Shown: positions 48,505 through 59,355 of the stretch, piece by piece
Layout: every line of letters starts with the position of its first letter
How positions within the stretch are numbered: position 1 is the stretch's first letter
Assembly: GCA_019637795.1 (NCBI GenBank)
Contig: JAHBUY010000006.1
Span: forward strand, 114,330 to 178,329
Direction of reading: 5' to 3'
DNA: 64,000 nucleotides
DNA from: a bacterium
GTDB taxonomy: Bacteria; Desulfobacterota; Binatia; HRBIN30; CADEER01
Notes under the pieces: generated by a model
What the model was told of the DNA's origin: nothing
Databases searched by the model: none
What the model saw: the letters and a program-made list of their open reading frames with translations, nothing else
Made by a program: the position numbers and the translations under genes

Positions 48505-50243
48505 GCGCGCTCATCGCCGGCGGACGGCAGGACGGCGGTGATCCGCGTCCCGCGTTCGCTCGACGCAATCTCCAGTCGGCCGCCCAGGTGACGCAGGCGC
48601 TCGCGCATGCCGGCGATGCCGACGCCGACGCGGCCCTGCGCGGCGGGAGGCGCGTCGGAGGGCGCGCCCAAGCCGCGGCCCGCATCGCGAACCTCCAGTC
48701 GGACCTCCGCGGCCGTGCGCAGCAGGCGGATCGACACCGTCGGGCTGCCGGAGTGGCGGTGCGCGTTGCTCAGGGCCTCCTGCAGGACCCGGAACAGGGT
48801 GAGCTCGCTCGCGCGACTCGAGCGCCCGAGGTCGGATGCGATCTCCAGATCGGCGCGGAGGCCGCTCCGGCGCGCGAATCCGTCGACGTATTCGCGCACG
48901 GCACCCGCCAGACCGAGCTCGTCGAGCAGTGGCGGATGGAGCAGGTAGGTGACCGTGCGCAGCTCGTTGGAACACTGCTCGGCGAGCGCCCAACAGTCGG
49001 CGAGGATGTCCGGCGCGTCGCCGCCGAGCGCGGCGATGGGCGTCCCCAGGCGCTTCAATTTGAGCAGAAGCGCGGCGAGATTCTGCGCCGTCGTGTCGTG
49101 CAACTCGCGCGCGATTCGGCGCCGCTCCTCGTCTTGCGAGCGAAGCAACTGCGCGGAGAGGTGGCGCAGCGAGGCCTCCGCCCGCTTGAGCGCCGTCGTG
49201 TTGATTCCCAGTCCGATACAGGTGCCGTCGGACAGCCAGACATTCGCCCATGTCGTCTCGATCGGCTCCCCGTTCTTGGTGTGCGTGTGGAAGTCCTCCC
49301 ACTCGCCGCTGCCGGCCATGGCAAAGGCCATCACCTCCCGGCGCACGTCGGGATCGGGGTACATCTCGCGAAGGATGTCGCGGCTGGTCGCTTCCTCCAA
49401 CGACCACCCGAGCACGCGCTGCCACTCGCGGTTGACCCACCGCGTGCGGCCGCGATCGTCGATGAAGGCGATCATGACCGGAATGTGGTCGACGATGGTT
49501 TGCAGGATCTCGGCCTGACCCCGCTCGCGACCGGGCACAGGACGCGGCGCGGGCGGGCTCGCGGCCGCCGCCGTGCCCCCCGCGGCCCACCCGGCCCACG
49601 CGAACAGGGGCTGCGGCAGCAGTGACCGACGGCCGAGCCACCAGGCGGCCGAGAGCAGCGCGGCGGACGCGGCCACCGCGATCAGCAGGCGACGCCGAGC
49701 CCGGTCCACCTCCGCAAACACAAGGCGCCTCGGCATGCCGACCGTGGTCACGACGTCCTTCCGCCCCGCCGCGTTCGCGGCGGCCGCAAAGGCATAGACC
49801 GCAGGCGCCGGTCTCGAGCCGCCCTCGATGAGCCCATGGTCGCGGGTCCGCACCGCCTGCAACAGCGCCGCATCCGGCACCACGTCTCCCACCCGCCAAT
49901 CCGGGGAGACGGGATCCCGCGCGACGATGATGCCGCCGGCGTCGGTGACGGTCAGGGTGGACCCGGGAATCCTGTTTCGCGCACGATGCAGGAAGCGCGC
50001 CTGCCCACCCACGGGGGCGGGACCGCCGGCCTCCGGCGGCACAGACATGCCTTGGCGCAGCTCCTCCTCGCCTCCGGCGATCGCGCGCGCGAGCTGCATC
50101 AGGCGTTGCTCGCGCACCCGAACCTCGCGCTGCCGATCGGCCCCCGCCGCCCAGACGATGAGAGCCCCAGCCGCAACGACCACCGGCAGGACCCGAGCCA
50201 GCAAACGTGCCCGCGATGGGAAGCGCGACGACCAGACCAGCAT
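48501..50243 (-). CDS. sensor histidine kinase (PAS plus HisKA_3 plus HATPase), partner of the NarL-type regulator
   Basis: ELHDTTAQNLAAL H-box; a C-terminal HATPase_c domain; 4-nt overlap with the RR start; N-terminal TM segments. Confidence 0.8.
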   Translation of the reverse strand: MLVWSSRFPSRARLLARVLPVVVAAGALIVWAAGADRQREVRVREQRLMQLARAIAGGEEELRQGMSVPPEAGGPAPVGGQARFLHRARNRIPGSTLTVTDAGGIIVARDPVSPDWRVGDVVPDAALLQAVRTRDHGLIEGGSRPAPAVYAFAAAANAAGRKDVVTTVGMPRRLVFAEVDRARRRLLIAVAASAALLSAAWWLGRRSLLPQPLFAWAGWAAGGTAAAASPPAPRPVPGRERGQAEILQTIVDHIPVMIAFIDDRGRTRWVNREWQRVLGWSLEEATSRDILREMYPDPDVRREVMAFAMAGSGEWEDFHTHTKNGEPIETTWANVWLSDGTCIGLGINTTALKRAEASLRHLSAQLLRSQDEERRRIARELHDTTAQNLAALLLKLKRLGTPIAALGGDAPDILADCWALAEQCSNELRTVTYLLHPPLLDELGLAGAVREYVDGFARRSGLRADLEIASDLGRSSRASELTLFRVLQEALSNAHRHSGSPTVSIRLLRTAAEVRLEVRDAGRGLGAPSDAPPAAQGRVGVGIAGMRERLRHLGGRLEIASSERGTRITAVLPSAGDERA

Positions 50244-50624
50244 ATCGAAGACTCGTTTTGTATCAGGTAGTTGACCGGGATCTACCCACCCCTGCGGCAG
50301 CGGGCAATATGCGGTTCGCTCACGCCTCCCCAGGCAGCTCGTGCCCCGATTGGAAGCCGCGCGGCATCGCCGCTCGCTGCCCGATTGATCCCGTCCCGAC
50401 GGCCGATCGGCCCCTTCACCTAGGTACTCGTGGGGATCGATTATACGGCACTTTCCCTAGCGCCGGATTCGTCATGAGCGTGCGATGTAGCGCAGCAGGC
50501 TCTTTCGAAATGGGCGCAGAAATGGCAGCCATCGAACCCGACCAGATGGGCACGTGTCGCGTCACCTCGACGCCCCCTCTTCGCGCGCACCGTGCGAACG
50601 GGTTGGTGGCGTAGAGCACGCGCG

Positions 50625-53201
50625 ATGAACGCGCCCTCTCGGCAGGAACCGTCCGTCCCTTCCCTGCTGAGCGTCCCGCCGACCGAAGGTCCGCTGGTTC
50701 CCACGACCCGATTCGTCCATGCCGCTGCCGCGCTCGGCATGGTCGCCAGTGCCGCGCTGCTGGCCGAGTGGCTGTTGCGGAACCCGAATGGTCCTGGGCC
50801 GGCGGGCCTGACGAATCCGGCGGCGGATACCGCCCTGGCCGTGGGCGTCGCCGGCCTGTCGCTGTGGCTTCTGTGCCGCGACCCGCCCGCGCTCGTCGGC
50901 CGGATCGCCGCGGGGATGGTCGCGATCCTGGGGATGGTGACCCTGGCCAGATATCTGATCGCGCACGACATCGCGCTCGACTGGCTGCTCCACCGCGCAT
51001 GGCTCGTCGCGCCCGATACGATCGACGACCGGATGGCCCTGGAGACGGCGTTGGCTTCCGCGCTACTGGGGCTCGGCCTGTTGCTGCTCGACCGGCCACG
51101 GGGCGGTGTGTTCGGACAGATCGCTTCGGTGTTCGCGCTCCTCGTGGCGCTGCTCGGCGTCGTCAGCGGCATCCTGCACGCCGAAACGCTGCGACGCCTC
51201 GGGCAATCGCCGGCGGTCACCCTGACCGCCGCCGCGACCGTCTTCCTGATGGCCGCCGGAGCGCTCGCCGCTCGGCCGTACGGCCCCGTCATCGCCCCCC
51301 TGCTGCGGGACAACGCCGCGGGAAGTCTGGCGCGCCGGCTGCTCGTCTCCGCGGTGACGGTGCCGATCCTGCTGGGCTGGATCCACATGGCGGCGGAGCG
51401 GGCGGGCGTCTTCGGCGCCGAGTACGGGCTCGCCCTGCTCGTCACCTCCAGTGTGGTCACGTTCGTGGCGCTGATCCGGTGGACGACCGCACTGGCGCAG
51501 GGGTCGGAAGCGCAGCGCTCGCGAGCGGAAGCGGCGTTGCGCGAGAGCGAGAGTCGTTTCCGCGGCATGTTCGAGCAGGCGGCCATCGGGTTCGCGCTGA
51601 AGGGGCTGGATGGACGGTGGCTGCGGGTGAACCCGAAGCTCTGCAAGATCCTGGGCTATTCTCGTGAGGAGCTGCTGGCCCGGAGGTTTCGGGATCACGC
51701 CCATCCCGACGACATCCACACCGACCTGGACCTCGTCGGCCCGGTCCTCTCCGGCGCGATGCGGACGTACGCGCTGGAGCGCCGTCTGATGCGCAAGGAC
51801 GGGCGCACGGTGTGGGTGAGACTGACGGTTTCGGCGGCGCGGGACGACGCCGACGCGCCCCGCTACCTCATCGTCGCGATCGAGGACATCAGCGAGCGCA
51901 GGCACGCGGCCGAGCAGTTGCGCCAGCACGCGCTCCGTCTGGAGACGCTCTGCGCCATCGACCGGGCGATCCTCGAGCAAGCGGCGCCGGACGAGGTGGC
52001 GCGGGCACAGGTCGTCCACATCGCCGCGCTGGTGCCCTGCGACCTGGCGCAGATCATTCTGTGCGATGCGCACACCGGGCGGCGCCTGACCCATGCGACG
52101 GGATCCGACGCCGTCGACGTCTCCGAGCTCACCGCCGAGGAGGTGTCATCGATCGAGGCCTTGGCGCCGCACCCCGCCCTGGCGGTCGAGGACCTGAACG
52201 ACCGCGCTGACCATCCGCCGTTCCTGCAGCACCTCCGGCGCGCCGGCATGCGCAGCGCCTCGGTCGACCGGCTGGGCGCGGGCGAGCACCTCCTCGGCAT
52301 CATGACGGTCTGCGCCGCGGCGCCGGCGGCATTCACGGCGGAACATCGAACGGTGCTGCGCGAGGTCGCGAACCAACTGTCCATCGCGATCGAGCAGGCC
52401 CATCTCCGAACCGAGCTGCAGCAGCACGCCGCGGACCTGGAACAGCGGGTGGCGGAACGCACGGCGCAGTTGCAGGCCGTCAACCAGGAGCTGGAATCGT
52501 TCAGCTACTCCGTGTCGCACGACCTGCGCGCCCCTTTGCGCCGCATCGACGGCTTCAGCCAGGCGCTGCTGGAGGACGCGCCGGCGGCGCTGGACGAGCC
52601 GATGCGCCACTATCTCGAGCGGATCCGGTCCGGCACCAAAGAGATGACGGAACTGATCGAGGCCCTCCTCGGCCTGGCGCAGGTGACCCGCAGCGAGATG
52701 CGCCGGGAGCCCGTCGACCTGGGTGCGGTGGCGCGGGACGTCATCGAAGAGCTTCGACGCGCCCACCCCGATCGCCAGGTCGACGTCGTCTGCACGCCGT
52801 CGCTCCTCGTGCAGGGCGATGCGCGGCTGCTGCGCGTGCTGTTGAGCAATCTGATTGGCAATGCCTGGAAGTACACCGGCAGGCGCGAGCGCGCGCACAT
52901 CGAGCTCGGCGTCCTCGAACGCCAGGGGACGCGCGTCATCTTCGTTCGCGACGACGGCGCCGGGTTCGACATGCAGGACGCCGGCAAGCTCTTCGGAGCA
53001 TTCCAACGCCTGCACAGCGCGGCCGAGTTCGACGGCACGGGCATCGGCCTCGCCACCGCGCAGCGCATCGTGCGCCGCCACGGTGGAACCATCTGGGCCG
53101 AAGGGGCGCCGGAACAGGGCGCCACCGTGTACTTCACGCTCGACGACGAGCTCGGCCGCCCGCGGGCGCCGCGTTCGGCCGGTCGCGCTCGCATGCGATG
53201 A
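50625..53201 (+). CDS. multi-sensor histidine kinase (membrane, PAS, GAF, HisKA, HATPase)
   Basis: SHDLRAPLRRI H-box, GTGIGLATAQRIV G2-box, and polytopic N-terminal plus PAS/GAF regions. Confidence 0.8.
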   Translation: MNAPSRQEPSVPSLLSVPPTEGPLVPTTRFVHAAAALGMVASAALLAEWLLRNPNGPGPAGLTNPAADTALAVGVAGLSLWLLCRDPPALVGRIAAGMVAILGMVTLARYLIAHDIALDWLLHRAWLVAPDTIDDRMALETALASALLGLGLLLLDRPRGGVFGQIASVFALLVALLGVVSGILHAETLRRLGQSPAVTLTAAATVFLMAAGALAARPYGPVIAPLLRDNAAGSLARRLLVSAVTVPILLGWIHMAAERAGVFGAEYGLALLVTSSVVTFVALIRWTTALAQGSEAQRSRAEAALRESESRFRGMFEQAAIGFALKGLDGRWLRVNPKLCKILGYSREELLARRFRDHAHPDDIHTDLDLVGPVLSGAMRTYALERRLMRKDGRTVWVRLTVSAARDDADAPRYLIVAIEDISERRHAAEQLRQHALRLETLCAIDRAILEQAAPDEVARAQVVHIAALVPCDLAQIILCDAHTGRRLTHATGSDAVDVSELTAEEVSSIEALAPHPALAVEDLNDRADHPPFLQHLRRAGMRSASVDRLGAGEHLLGIMTVCAAAPAAFTAEHRTVLREVANQLSIAIEQAHLRTELQQHAADLEQRVAERTAQLQAVNQELESFSYSVSHDLRAPLRRIDGFSQALLEDAPAALDEPMRHYLERIRSGTKEMTELIEALLGLAQVTRSEMRREPVDLGAVARDVIEELRRAHPDRQVDVVCTPSLLVQGDARLLRVLLSNLIGNAWKYTGRRERAHIELGVLERQGTRVIFVRDDGAGFDMQDAGKLFGAFQRLHSAAEFDGTGIGLATAQRIVRRHGGTIWAEGAPEQGATVYFTLDDELGRPRAPRSAGRARMR

Positions 53202-53323
53202 CACGGCGGCACCGCGAGCCCCGGATCACGGAGCAGCCGCGGGCCGGCGCCGGCGCGCGCCGTGCCTCGCCGACCACGGCGCTCGTCCGCGCCCGGGAAG
53301 CCGGCGACGCGGTCGACGGTCGG

Positions 53324-54367
53324 TCAGTTCGCTGGTGACTCGAGCGCGCCGGCGGCGAGCAGGGCGCGGGCGACCAGCGCGTGGCCGGCCGGCGTCCAAT
53401 GCTCGTCGCCGGGGAACAGCACCGGCTCGCGCGCTCCCGACAGCACCGGCGTCAGGTCGACCCAGGCGGCTCCTCCGTCCAGCGCCGCCCGCTCCGCCAC
53501 GGCGTGCGCCGCCCGCACGACCGGCGGCAGCGCGCCCGGCGCCGTCAGCTCGAGGCGGTGCGGCGCGTAGAGGATGACGAGGCGGGCGCCGTGGCCGTGG
53601 ACCGCGTCGGCGATGGCGGCGAGCAGGCGCGCGGTCAGCTCGGCGCCCGGGATCTGCCGGTCGTCGAGGGGCGCGGCGCCCTGCGCCGTCGGGCGCAGCG
53701 GCGCCGCCGGGGCGTTGCCGCCGCCGAGGGCGCGGGCGGTGAAGTCGAGCAACAGAAAGGCGCGGCTGTGGTCCTTCAGCCACTGGTGCAGCGGGCCGGT
53801 GAGCGGCCGCAGCGGGGTCGCCGGCGGCAGCAGGCGATCGCCATCGAGGCGGAAGAGCGGGCGGCGGCCGCTCTTGCCCTCGACGTTGTCGGCGAGGTCG
53901 TTGAAGAAGAACTGCAGCACGACCACGTCGTAACGCCGCGCCGCCAGCTCCTGCCGCAGCAGCAGATACTCCTGGCCGGTGCCGAAGCCGTTGACGCCGC
54001 GGTTGGCGATCGCCGCCCGCGGCAGGGCCCGCTGCAGGTGGTCGGTGTAGACGGCGCCCTGCGGCACGCCCCACCCCCAGGTGAACGAGTCGCCGAGCAC
54101 CAGCACGCGCCGCGCCGGATCGGCGGGCGGGGGCGGGTCCGGCAGGCGCCAGCCGGCGGCGTCGTGCGCGATCTCGACGTCGAACTGGGGCCGCCGGAAG
54201 CGCAGGCGGACGTCGGGACGCCCGCGCCAGCCGAGCTGCGGATCGGAGGCGTGGAAACTGTAGAGGGGATTGGCGACCTCGGGCACGCCGCCCTGCAGGC
54301 GCAGCGCCAGCTCGACCGCGGCCAGGGCCACCGCCGTGCCGACGAGGACCAGCGCGAGGCGCCGCAT
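53324..54367 (-). CDS. SGNH/GDSL-family hydrolase, secreted or anchored
   Basis: LVLGDSFTWGWG (GDS block I) and a DxxH-like C-terminal block GDEHWTPAGH. Confidence 0.75.
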   Translation of the reverse strand: MRRLALVLVGTAVALAAVELALRLQGGVPEVANPLYSFHASDPQLGWRGRPDVRLRFRRPQFDVEIAHDAAGWRLPDPPPPADPARRVLVLGDSFTWGWGVPQGAVYTDHLQRALPRAAIANRGVNGFGTGQEYLLLRQELAARRYDVVVLQFFFNDLADNVEGKSGRRPLFRLDGDRLLPPATPLRPLTGPLHQWLKDHSRAFLLLDFTARALGGGNAPAAPLRPTAQGAAPLDDRQIPGAELTARLLAAIADAVHGHGARLVILYAPHRLELTAPGALPPVVRAAHAVAERAALDGGAAWVDLTPVLSGAREPVLFPGDEHWTPAGHALVARALLAAGALESPAN

Positions 54368-54443
54368 CCGTCCCTCCGCCGGCGGGCTCAGCGCGACGCC
54401 GCGGCGTCCCGCCGCGGCGCGTCCGCGCGTCGGCGCCGCGCGC

Positions 54444-55469
54444 TCATCCGCCCCGGGTGTGCATCTCGAGGTGTGGATCGCGCTGCAGCTCGGCGGCGGG
54501 GACCAGCGCGGCGCGGTCGCGCTCGGCGAGCCGGCGCTCGGCGCCGCGGTCGTCGCGCCGGCCCCAGACGGCGGCGATGCGCGCGATGAGGTCCTGCCGC
54601 GAGGCGCCGCCGCGCAGCGCGGCGCGCAGATCGGTGCCGATGCGGGCGTAGAGGCAGAGGTACCACATCCCGTCGGCGGTGAGCCGCGCCCGGTCGCAGG
54701 TGCGGCAGAACGGCGTCGTCGTCGAGGCGATGACGCCGAACACGGTGCCGTCCGGCAGGCGATAGCGATCCGCCGGCGCCGAGCTCTCCTCGCGCAGCGG
54801 CTCGATCGCCCCGTAGCGGCGCGCCAGGTCGGCGAGGATGGCGGCGCGCGACAGGACCTTGTCCGGCGACCAGTGGGTCGCGCCGCCGACGTCCATGTAC
54901 TCGATGAAGCGCACCTCGGCGGCGAACGGACGGGCGAGCTCGATCAGGTCGGCGAGCTCGTCGTCGTTGACGCCGCGCATGGCGACGGTGTCGATCTTGA
55001 GCGGCCGGAAGCCGGCGGCGGCGGCGGCGCGGATCCCCTCCAGCACCTGCGGCAGGCTGTCGCGTCGGGTGAGGGCGCGGAAGCGGTCCGCGCGCAGGGT
55101 GTCGAGACTGACGGTGATGCGGTGCAGTCCCGCGGCGCGCAGCGCCGTCGCCTGTTCGGCGAGCAGGATGCCGTTGGTGGTCAGCGCCAGGTCGCGCACC
55201 GCCGGCTTGTCGGCCAGCAGGCGGACCAGGGTCGCCAGGTCGTGGCGCAGCAGGGGCTCGCCGCCGGTGAGGCGGACGCGGTCGACGCCGCAGGCGGTGA
55301 AGCAGTCGACCAGGGTCGCGATCTCCTCGAAGTCGAGGATGTCGGCGCGCGGCAGCCAGCCGTAGTGCTCCTCCGGCATGCAGTAGGCGCAGCGCAGGTT
55401 GCAGCGGTCGGTGACCGAGACGCGCAGGCTGCGCAGCGGCCGGCCGAAGCTGTCGGCGACGGAGGGCAT
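54444..55469 (-). CDS. moaA: GTP 3',8-cyclase (molybdenum cofactor biosynthesis, radical SAM)
   Basis: CNLRCAYCM radical-SAM cluster motif, GGEPLLR, and C-terminal Cys-x2-Cys-x13-Cys (CRTCDR...C); ATG at 55469 with a GGAGGG RBS. Trimmed from track ORF 54444..55640. Confidence 0.85.
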   Translation of the reverse strand: MPSVADSFGRPLRSLRVSVTDRCNLRCAYCMPEEHYGWLPRADILDFEEIATLVDCFTACGVDRVRLTGGEPLLRHDLATLVRLLADKPAVRDLALTTNGILLAEQATALRAAGLHRITVSLDTLRADRFRALTRRDSLPQVLEGIRAAAAAGFRPLKIDTVAMRGVNDDELADLIELARPFAAEVRFIEYMDVGGATHWSPDKVLSRAAILADLARRYGAIEPLREESSAPADRYRLPDGTVFGVIASTTTPFCRTCDRARLTADGMWYLCLYARIGTDLRAALRGGASRQDLIARIAAVWGRRDDRGAERRLAERDRAALVPAAELQRDPHLEMHTRGG

Positions 55470-55548
55470 GCCGGGGGAGTATGCCGGGTCGCCAGGCGGG
55501 GCGGAAGCGGGTCGCGCCGGGCTGGCTCGTCGGGGCGCGACGCGTGCT

Positions 55549-56553
55549 ATGCATCGCCCCGTGATCACCATCGCCTCCGTCCGCAGCGAGGTCCTGCGCG
55601 GCAACGCCATGGGCGACCCGGCCGAGCGCCGCGTCCCCATCTACCTGCCGCCCGACTACGCGACGGGCGACGCCCGCTACCCGGTGGTCTACTTCCTCGC
55701 CGGCTTCGCCGGCGGCGGCACCTACCTGCTGTCGGAGTCGCTGTGGGGCGAGACGCTGCCGCAGCGCATCGACCGCCTGGTGCGCGACGGCGCGGTGCGG
55801 CCGATGATCGTCGTCCTCGCCGACTGCCTCACCCGGCTCGGCGGCAGCCAGTACATCAACTCCGCCGCCACCGGCCGCTACGAGGATCACCTGATCCACG
55901 AGCTGGTGCCGTTCGTCGACGCGACCTTTCGCACCGTCGCGGCGCGCGAACGGCGCGCCGTGATGGGCAAGAGCTCGGGCGGCTACGGCGCCACCGTGCT
56001 GGCGATGCGGCACCCGGACACGTTCGCCGCCGCCGTCGACCACTCCGGGGACAAGTACTTCGAGCTCTGCTACAAGGCCGACATCCCCGCGGCGGTGGCG
56101 GCGCTCGCGCGCTACGAGCATTCGCCGGCGCGCTTCCTGGCCGGCTTCCCGCAGCCGCCCAACGAACGCGGCCGCCACTGGTTCACGCTGGTGAACATGC
56201 TGGCGATGGCCGCGTGCTACGCGCCGAACCCGGACAGCGAGATCGGCTTCGACCTGCCGTTCGATCCGCGCACCGGCGCGCTGCGCGACGACGTCTGGGC
56301 GCGCTGGCTCGCGCACGACCCGATCACCCTCGCCGCCGCCCACGCCGACGCGCTGCGCCGGCTGCGGCTCTACTACCTCGACTGCGGCCGCTGGGACGAA
56401 CACCACCTCCAGCTCGGCAACCGCATCTACAGCGATCGCCTCGCCGCGCTCGGCGTGCCGCACGTCTACGAGGAGTTCGACGGCGGCCACCTGAACGTCG
56501 CCCACCGCTACGAGGGCTCGCTGCAGCGGCTGAGCGCGCTGTTCGAGACGTGA
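55549..56553 (+). CDS. putative esterase (enterochelin-esterase-like alpha/beta hydrolase)
   Basis: [15 protein letters not shown]...[13 protein letters not shown] nucleophile elbow. Confidence 0.7.
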   Translation: MHRPVITIASVRSEVLRGNAMGDPAERRVPIYLPPDYATGDARYPVVYFLAGFAGGGTYLLSESLWGETLPQRIDRLVRDGAVRPMIVVLADCLTRLGGSQYINSAATGRYEDHLIHELVPFVDATFRTVAARERRAVMGKSSGGYGATVLAMRHPDTFAAAVDHSGDKYFELCYKADIPAAVAALARYEHSPARFLAGFPQPPNERGRHWFTLVNMLAMAACYAPNPDSEIGFDLPFDPRTGALRDDVWARWLAHDPITLAAAHADALRRLRLYYLDCGRWDEHHLQLGNRIYSDRLAALGVPHVYEEFDGGHLNVAHRYEGSLQRLSALFET

Positions 56554-56600
56554 TCCGCGGCTTGTCTTCGCGAACCGGCGCCTGCTAACCGGCGGGCGTC

Positions 56601-57935
56601 ATGGGCGTGCAGGCGCCGAGCCAGCCGCGGCCGGCGGGCGACATCCCCGCCCTGGCCACCATCCCGTGGCTGGGCCAGCCGTGGGCATTTCTCTCCCACC
56701 CCGGCGAGTACCTGCTGCGCGGCTATCGCCAGCACGGACCGGTGTTCCGCACCCGCCTCTTCGGCATGAACCTGGTCGCGCTGCTCGGCCCCGAGGCCAA
56801 CCGCCAACTGCTGGCGACGCACCGCGAGCACTTCTCGCACGCGCTCGGCTACGCCATGGTGCGCAAGGTGCTCGGCGACGGCCTGCTCTTCCAGGACGGC
56901 GCGGTGCACGCGCGCAACCGGACGCTGATGATGCCGGCCTTCCACCAGCGCGCCGTCCAGACCTACTTCGAGACCATGCACGCCACCGCGGCGGCGCACC
57001 TCGAGCGCTGGACGCGCAGCGGACCGGCGTCGATGTACGAACGCTTCCGCCAGCTCACCTTCGAGATCATGGCCCGCCTGGTGCTCGGCCTCGAGGGCGA
57101 TCTGCGCCTCGCCGAGCTCGGGGCGCTCAACGACCGGCTCGCCAAGGGCTCGGCCGCTTTCCTGCGCGTCGGCTGGCGCTGGACCACCTACGGCCGCGGC
57201 CTGCGCGCCCGCGACGCGCTGCGCGCCTATCTCCGCGAGGTCATCGCCGCCCGCCGCGTCGCCCCGGGCAGCGACGCGCTCGGCCTGCTCATGGCGGCGC
57301 GCGACGACGCCGGGGCGGCGCTCGGCGACGAGGAGCTCCTCGACCAGGCGGTCATCCTGATGTTCGCCGGCCACGAGACCACCACCTCGCTGCTGACCTC
57401 GTTCCTGATGAGCCTGCGCGACCACCCGCACGTCGCCGCCGGGCTGATCGAGGAACAACGCCGCGTCGTCGGCGACGGCCCCTTGCGGGTCGACCACCTG
57501 CGCGACCTGACGCGCCTCGATGCGGTCTTCAAGGAGGTCGAACGCCTGCGGCCGCCGATCAGCCTCGGCCAGCGCGGCGTCGTGCGCGACGTCGAGGTCG
57601 CCGGCTATCGCCTGCCGCCGGGCACGATGGTCATCTACTCGTCGTACGTGACCCACCGCCTGCCGCAGGTGTACCGCGATCCGGAGCGCTTCGATCCCGA
57701 CCGCTTCCTGCCGCCGCGCGAGGAGCACAAGGCGACGCCCTACGCGCTGATCGGCTTCGGCGGCGGCCCGCGCCTGTGCATCGGCCTCGCCTTCGCGCAA
57801 CTGGAGGCGAAGATCGTCGCCTCGCTGCTGCTCCGCCGCTGCCGCTGGCAGCTCGCCCCCGGCCCGACGCCGCTGCGCTGGGTGCCCACCCTGCACCCGC
57901 TCGACGGCCTGCCGGGCGCCGTCGCCGCCGCGTGA
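56601..57935 (+). CDS. cytochrome P450
   Basis: FGGGPRLCIG heme-thiolate loop, EVERLRPP (ExxR), and AGHETT on the I-helix. Confidence 0.85.
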   Translation: MGVQAPSQPRPAGDIPALATIPWLGQPWAFLSHPGEYLLRGYRQHGPVFRTRLFGMNLVALLGPEANRQLLATHREHFSHALGYAMVRKVLGDGLLFQDGAVHARNRTLMMPAFHQRAVQTYFETMHATAAAHLERWTRSGPASMYERFRQLTFEIMARLVLGLEGDLRLAELGALNDRLAKGSAAFLRVGWRWTTYGRGLRARDALRAYLREVIAARRVAPGSDALGLLMAARDDAGAALGDEELLDQAVILMFAGHETTTSLLTSFLMSLRDHPHVAAGLIEEQRRVVGDGPLRVDHLRDLTRLDAVFKEVERLRPPISLGQRGVVRDVEVAGYRLPPGTMVIYSSYVTHRLPQVYRDPERFDPDRFLPPREEHKATPYALIGFGGGPRLCIGLAFAQLEAKIVASLLLRRCRWQLAPGPTPLRWVPTLHPLDGLPGAVAAA

Positions 57936-57971
57936 CCCGATCGACCGCCCGGAGCGCGCCCGCGGAGCGGA

Positions 57972-58709
57972 TCAGTAGCGCGAGCGCAGCCGCAACGGCG
58001 GCGCGCTCACCCGGCGCAGGCGCAGGTTGAGCATCTCCACCATCACCGAGAAGCCCATGGCGAAGTAGACGTAGCCGCGCGGGATGTGGAAGTGCAGGCC
58101 GTCGGCGACCAGCGCCACCCCGATCAGCAGCAGGAAGCTCAGGGCCAGCATCTTCACCGTCGGGTGGCGCTCGACGAAGACGCTGAGCGGCCCCGAGAAC
58201 GCCATCATCAGGAACACCGCCAGGATCACCGCCGTGACCATGACGGGAATCGCATCCACCATGCCGACGGCGGTGATCACCGAGTCGATCGAGAAGACGA
58301 CGTCGAGGGCGACGATCTGCGCGATGACGGCCGCGAACGTCGGTCCCGCCGCGCCCGCCGTCGCCCCCTCGCCGTGCCCCTCCAGCTTGTCGTGGATCTC
58401 GTGGGTGCTCTTGGCGAGCAGGAACAGGCCGCCGAGGAGCAGGATGAGATCGCGCCCGGAGACGGCGCGCTCCCACACCGTGAACAGCGGCGCGCCGAGG
58501 CGCGCCAGCCAGGCGAGCGACAGCAGCAGCAGGATGCGGGTGACCATCGCCAGGGCGAGGCCGACCAGGCGAGCCCGCCCCTGCTGCGCCGGCGGCAGCT
58601 TGCCGGCCAGGATCGAGATGAACACGATGTTGTCGATGCCGAGCACCAGCTCGAGCGCGGTCAGCGTCAGGAGCGCGATCCAGAGCTCCGGATTGCCCAC
58701 CCAGTCCAT
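57972..58709 (-). CDS. TerC-family integral membrane protein
   Basis: LELVLGIDNIVFISIL and a second ...DSVITAVGM... repeat; start taken at MDWVGNPELW. Confidence 0.75.
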   Translation of the reverse strand: MDWVGNPELWIALLTLTALELVLGIDNIVFISILAGKLPPAQQGRARLVGLALAMVTRILLLLSLAWLARLGAPLFTVWERAVSGRDLILLLGGLFLLAKSTHEIHDKLEGHGEGATAGAAGPTFAAVIAQIVALDVVFSIDSVITAVGMVDAIPVMVTAVILAVFLMMAFSGPLSVFVERHPTVKMLALSFLLLIGVALVADGLHFHIPRGYVYFAMGFSVMVEMLNLRLRRVSAPPLRLRSRY

Positions 58710-58812
58710 CCCGGCCTTCTGGCGACTCGGTTCCGCGAGCGCAAGCGAGCGTCCGTTTCGACGAACGGACGATGGCATTGCGCGTCGGACGGCCCGTCGG
58801 CATGGCCGACTC

Positions 58813-59304
58813 ATGACCGCGCCCCCACCCGTGTACCGGCTGCGCGAGGCGACCGTGGCCGACGCCGCGGTCGTCGCCCATCACCGCGTGGCGATGTTCC
58901 GCGACATGAACGCGCTCGGCGCCGCCGACGGCGCGATGCTCGAAACCGCGAGCCGCCGGCACCTCGCCGCCGCGCTCGCCGACGGCAGCTACCGCGGCTG
59001 GGTGCTCGAGGACGCCGACGGCGTCGTCGCCGGCGGCGGCCTCATGCTGCGATCGCTGCTGCCCCGCCCGGGCTATCTCGAAGGCGGGATGGAGGGGTAC
59101 GTGCTCAACGTGTACACCGAGCCGACGCACCGCCGCCGCGGGCTGGCACGGCGGCTCATGGCGGCGATCCTCGCCTGGTGCGACGCGGCGCGGGTGTCGC
59201 GCGTCAGCCTGCACGCCTCCGACGACGGCCGGGCTCTCTACGCCGCGCTCGGCTTCGCCCCGACCAACGAGATGCGGCGCGACACGGCGCCCGACGCGGC
59301 ATAG
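58813..59304 (+). CDS. GNAT-family N-acetyltransferase
   Basis: VYTEPTHRRRGLARRLMAAI (acetyl-CoA binding motif A); 163 aa. Confidence 0.75.
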   Translation: MTAPPPVYRLREATVADAAVVAHHRVAMFRDMNALGAADGAMLETASRRHLAAALADGSYRGWVLEDADGVVAGGGLMLRSLLPRPGYLEGGMEGYVLNVYTEPTHRRRGLARRLMAAILAWCDAARVSRVSLHASDDGRALYAALGFAPTNEMRRDTAPDAA

Positions 59305-59355
59305 ACGACCGGCGCGCCGCGGATCGCCTGGCGACGGCGGCGCGCGGCCCTGCCG

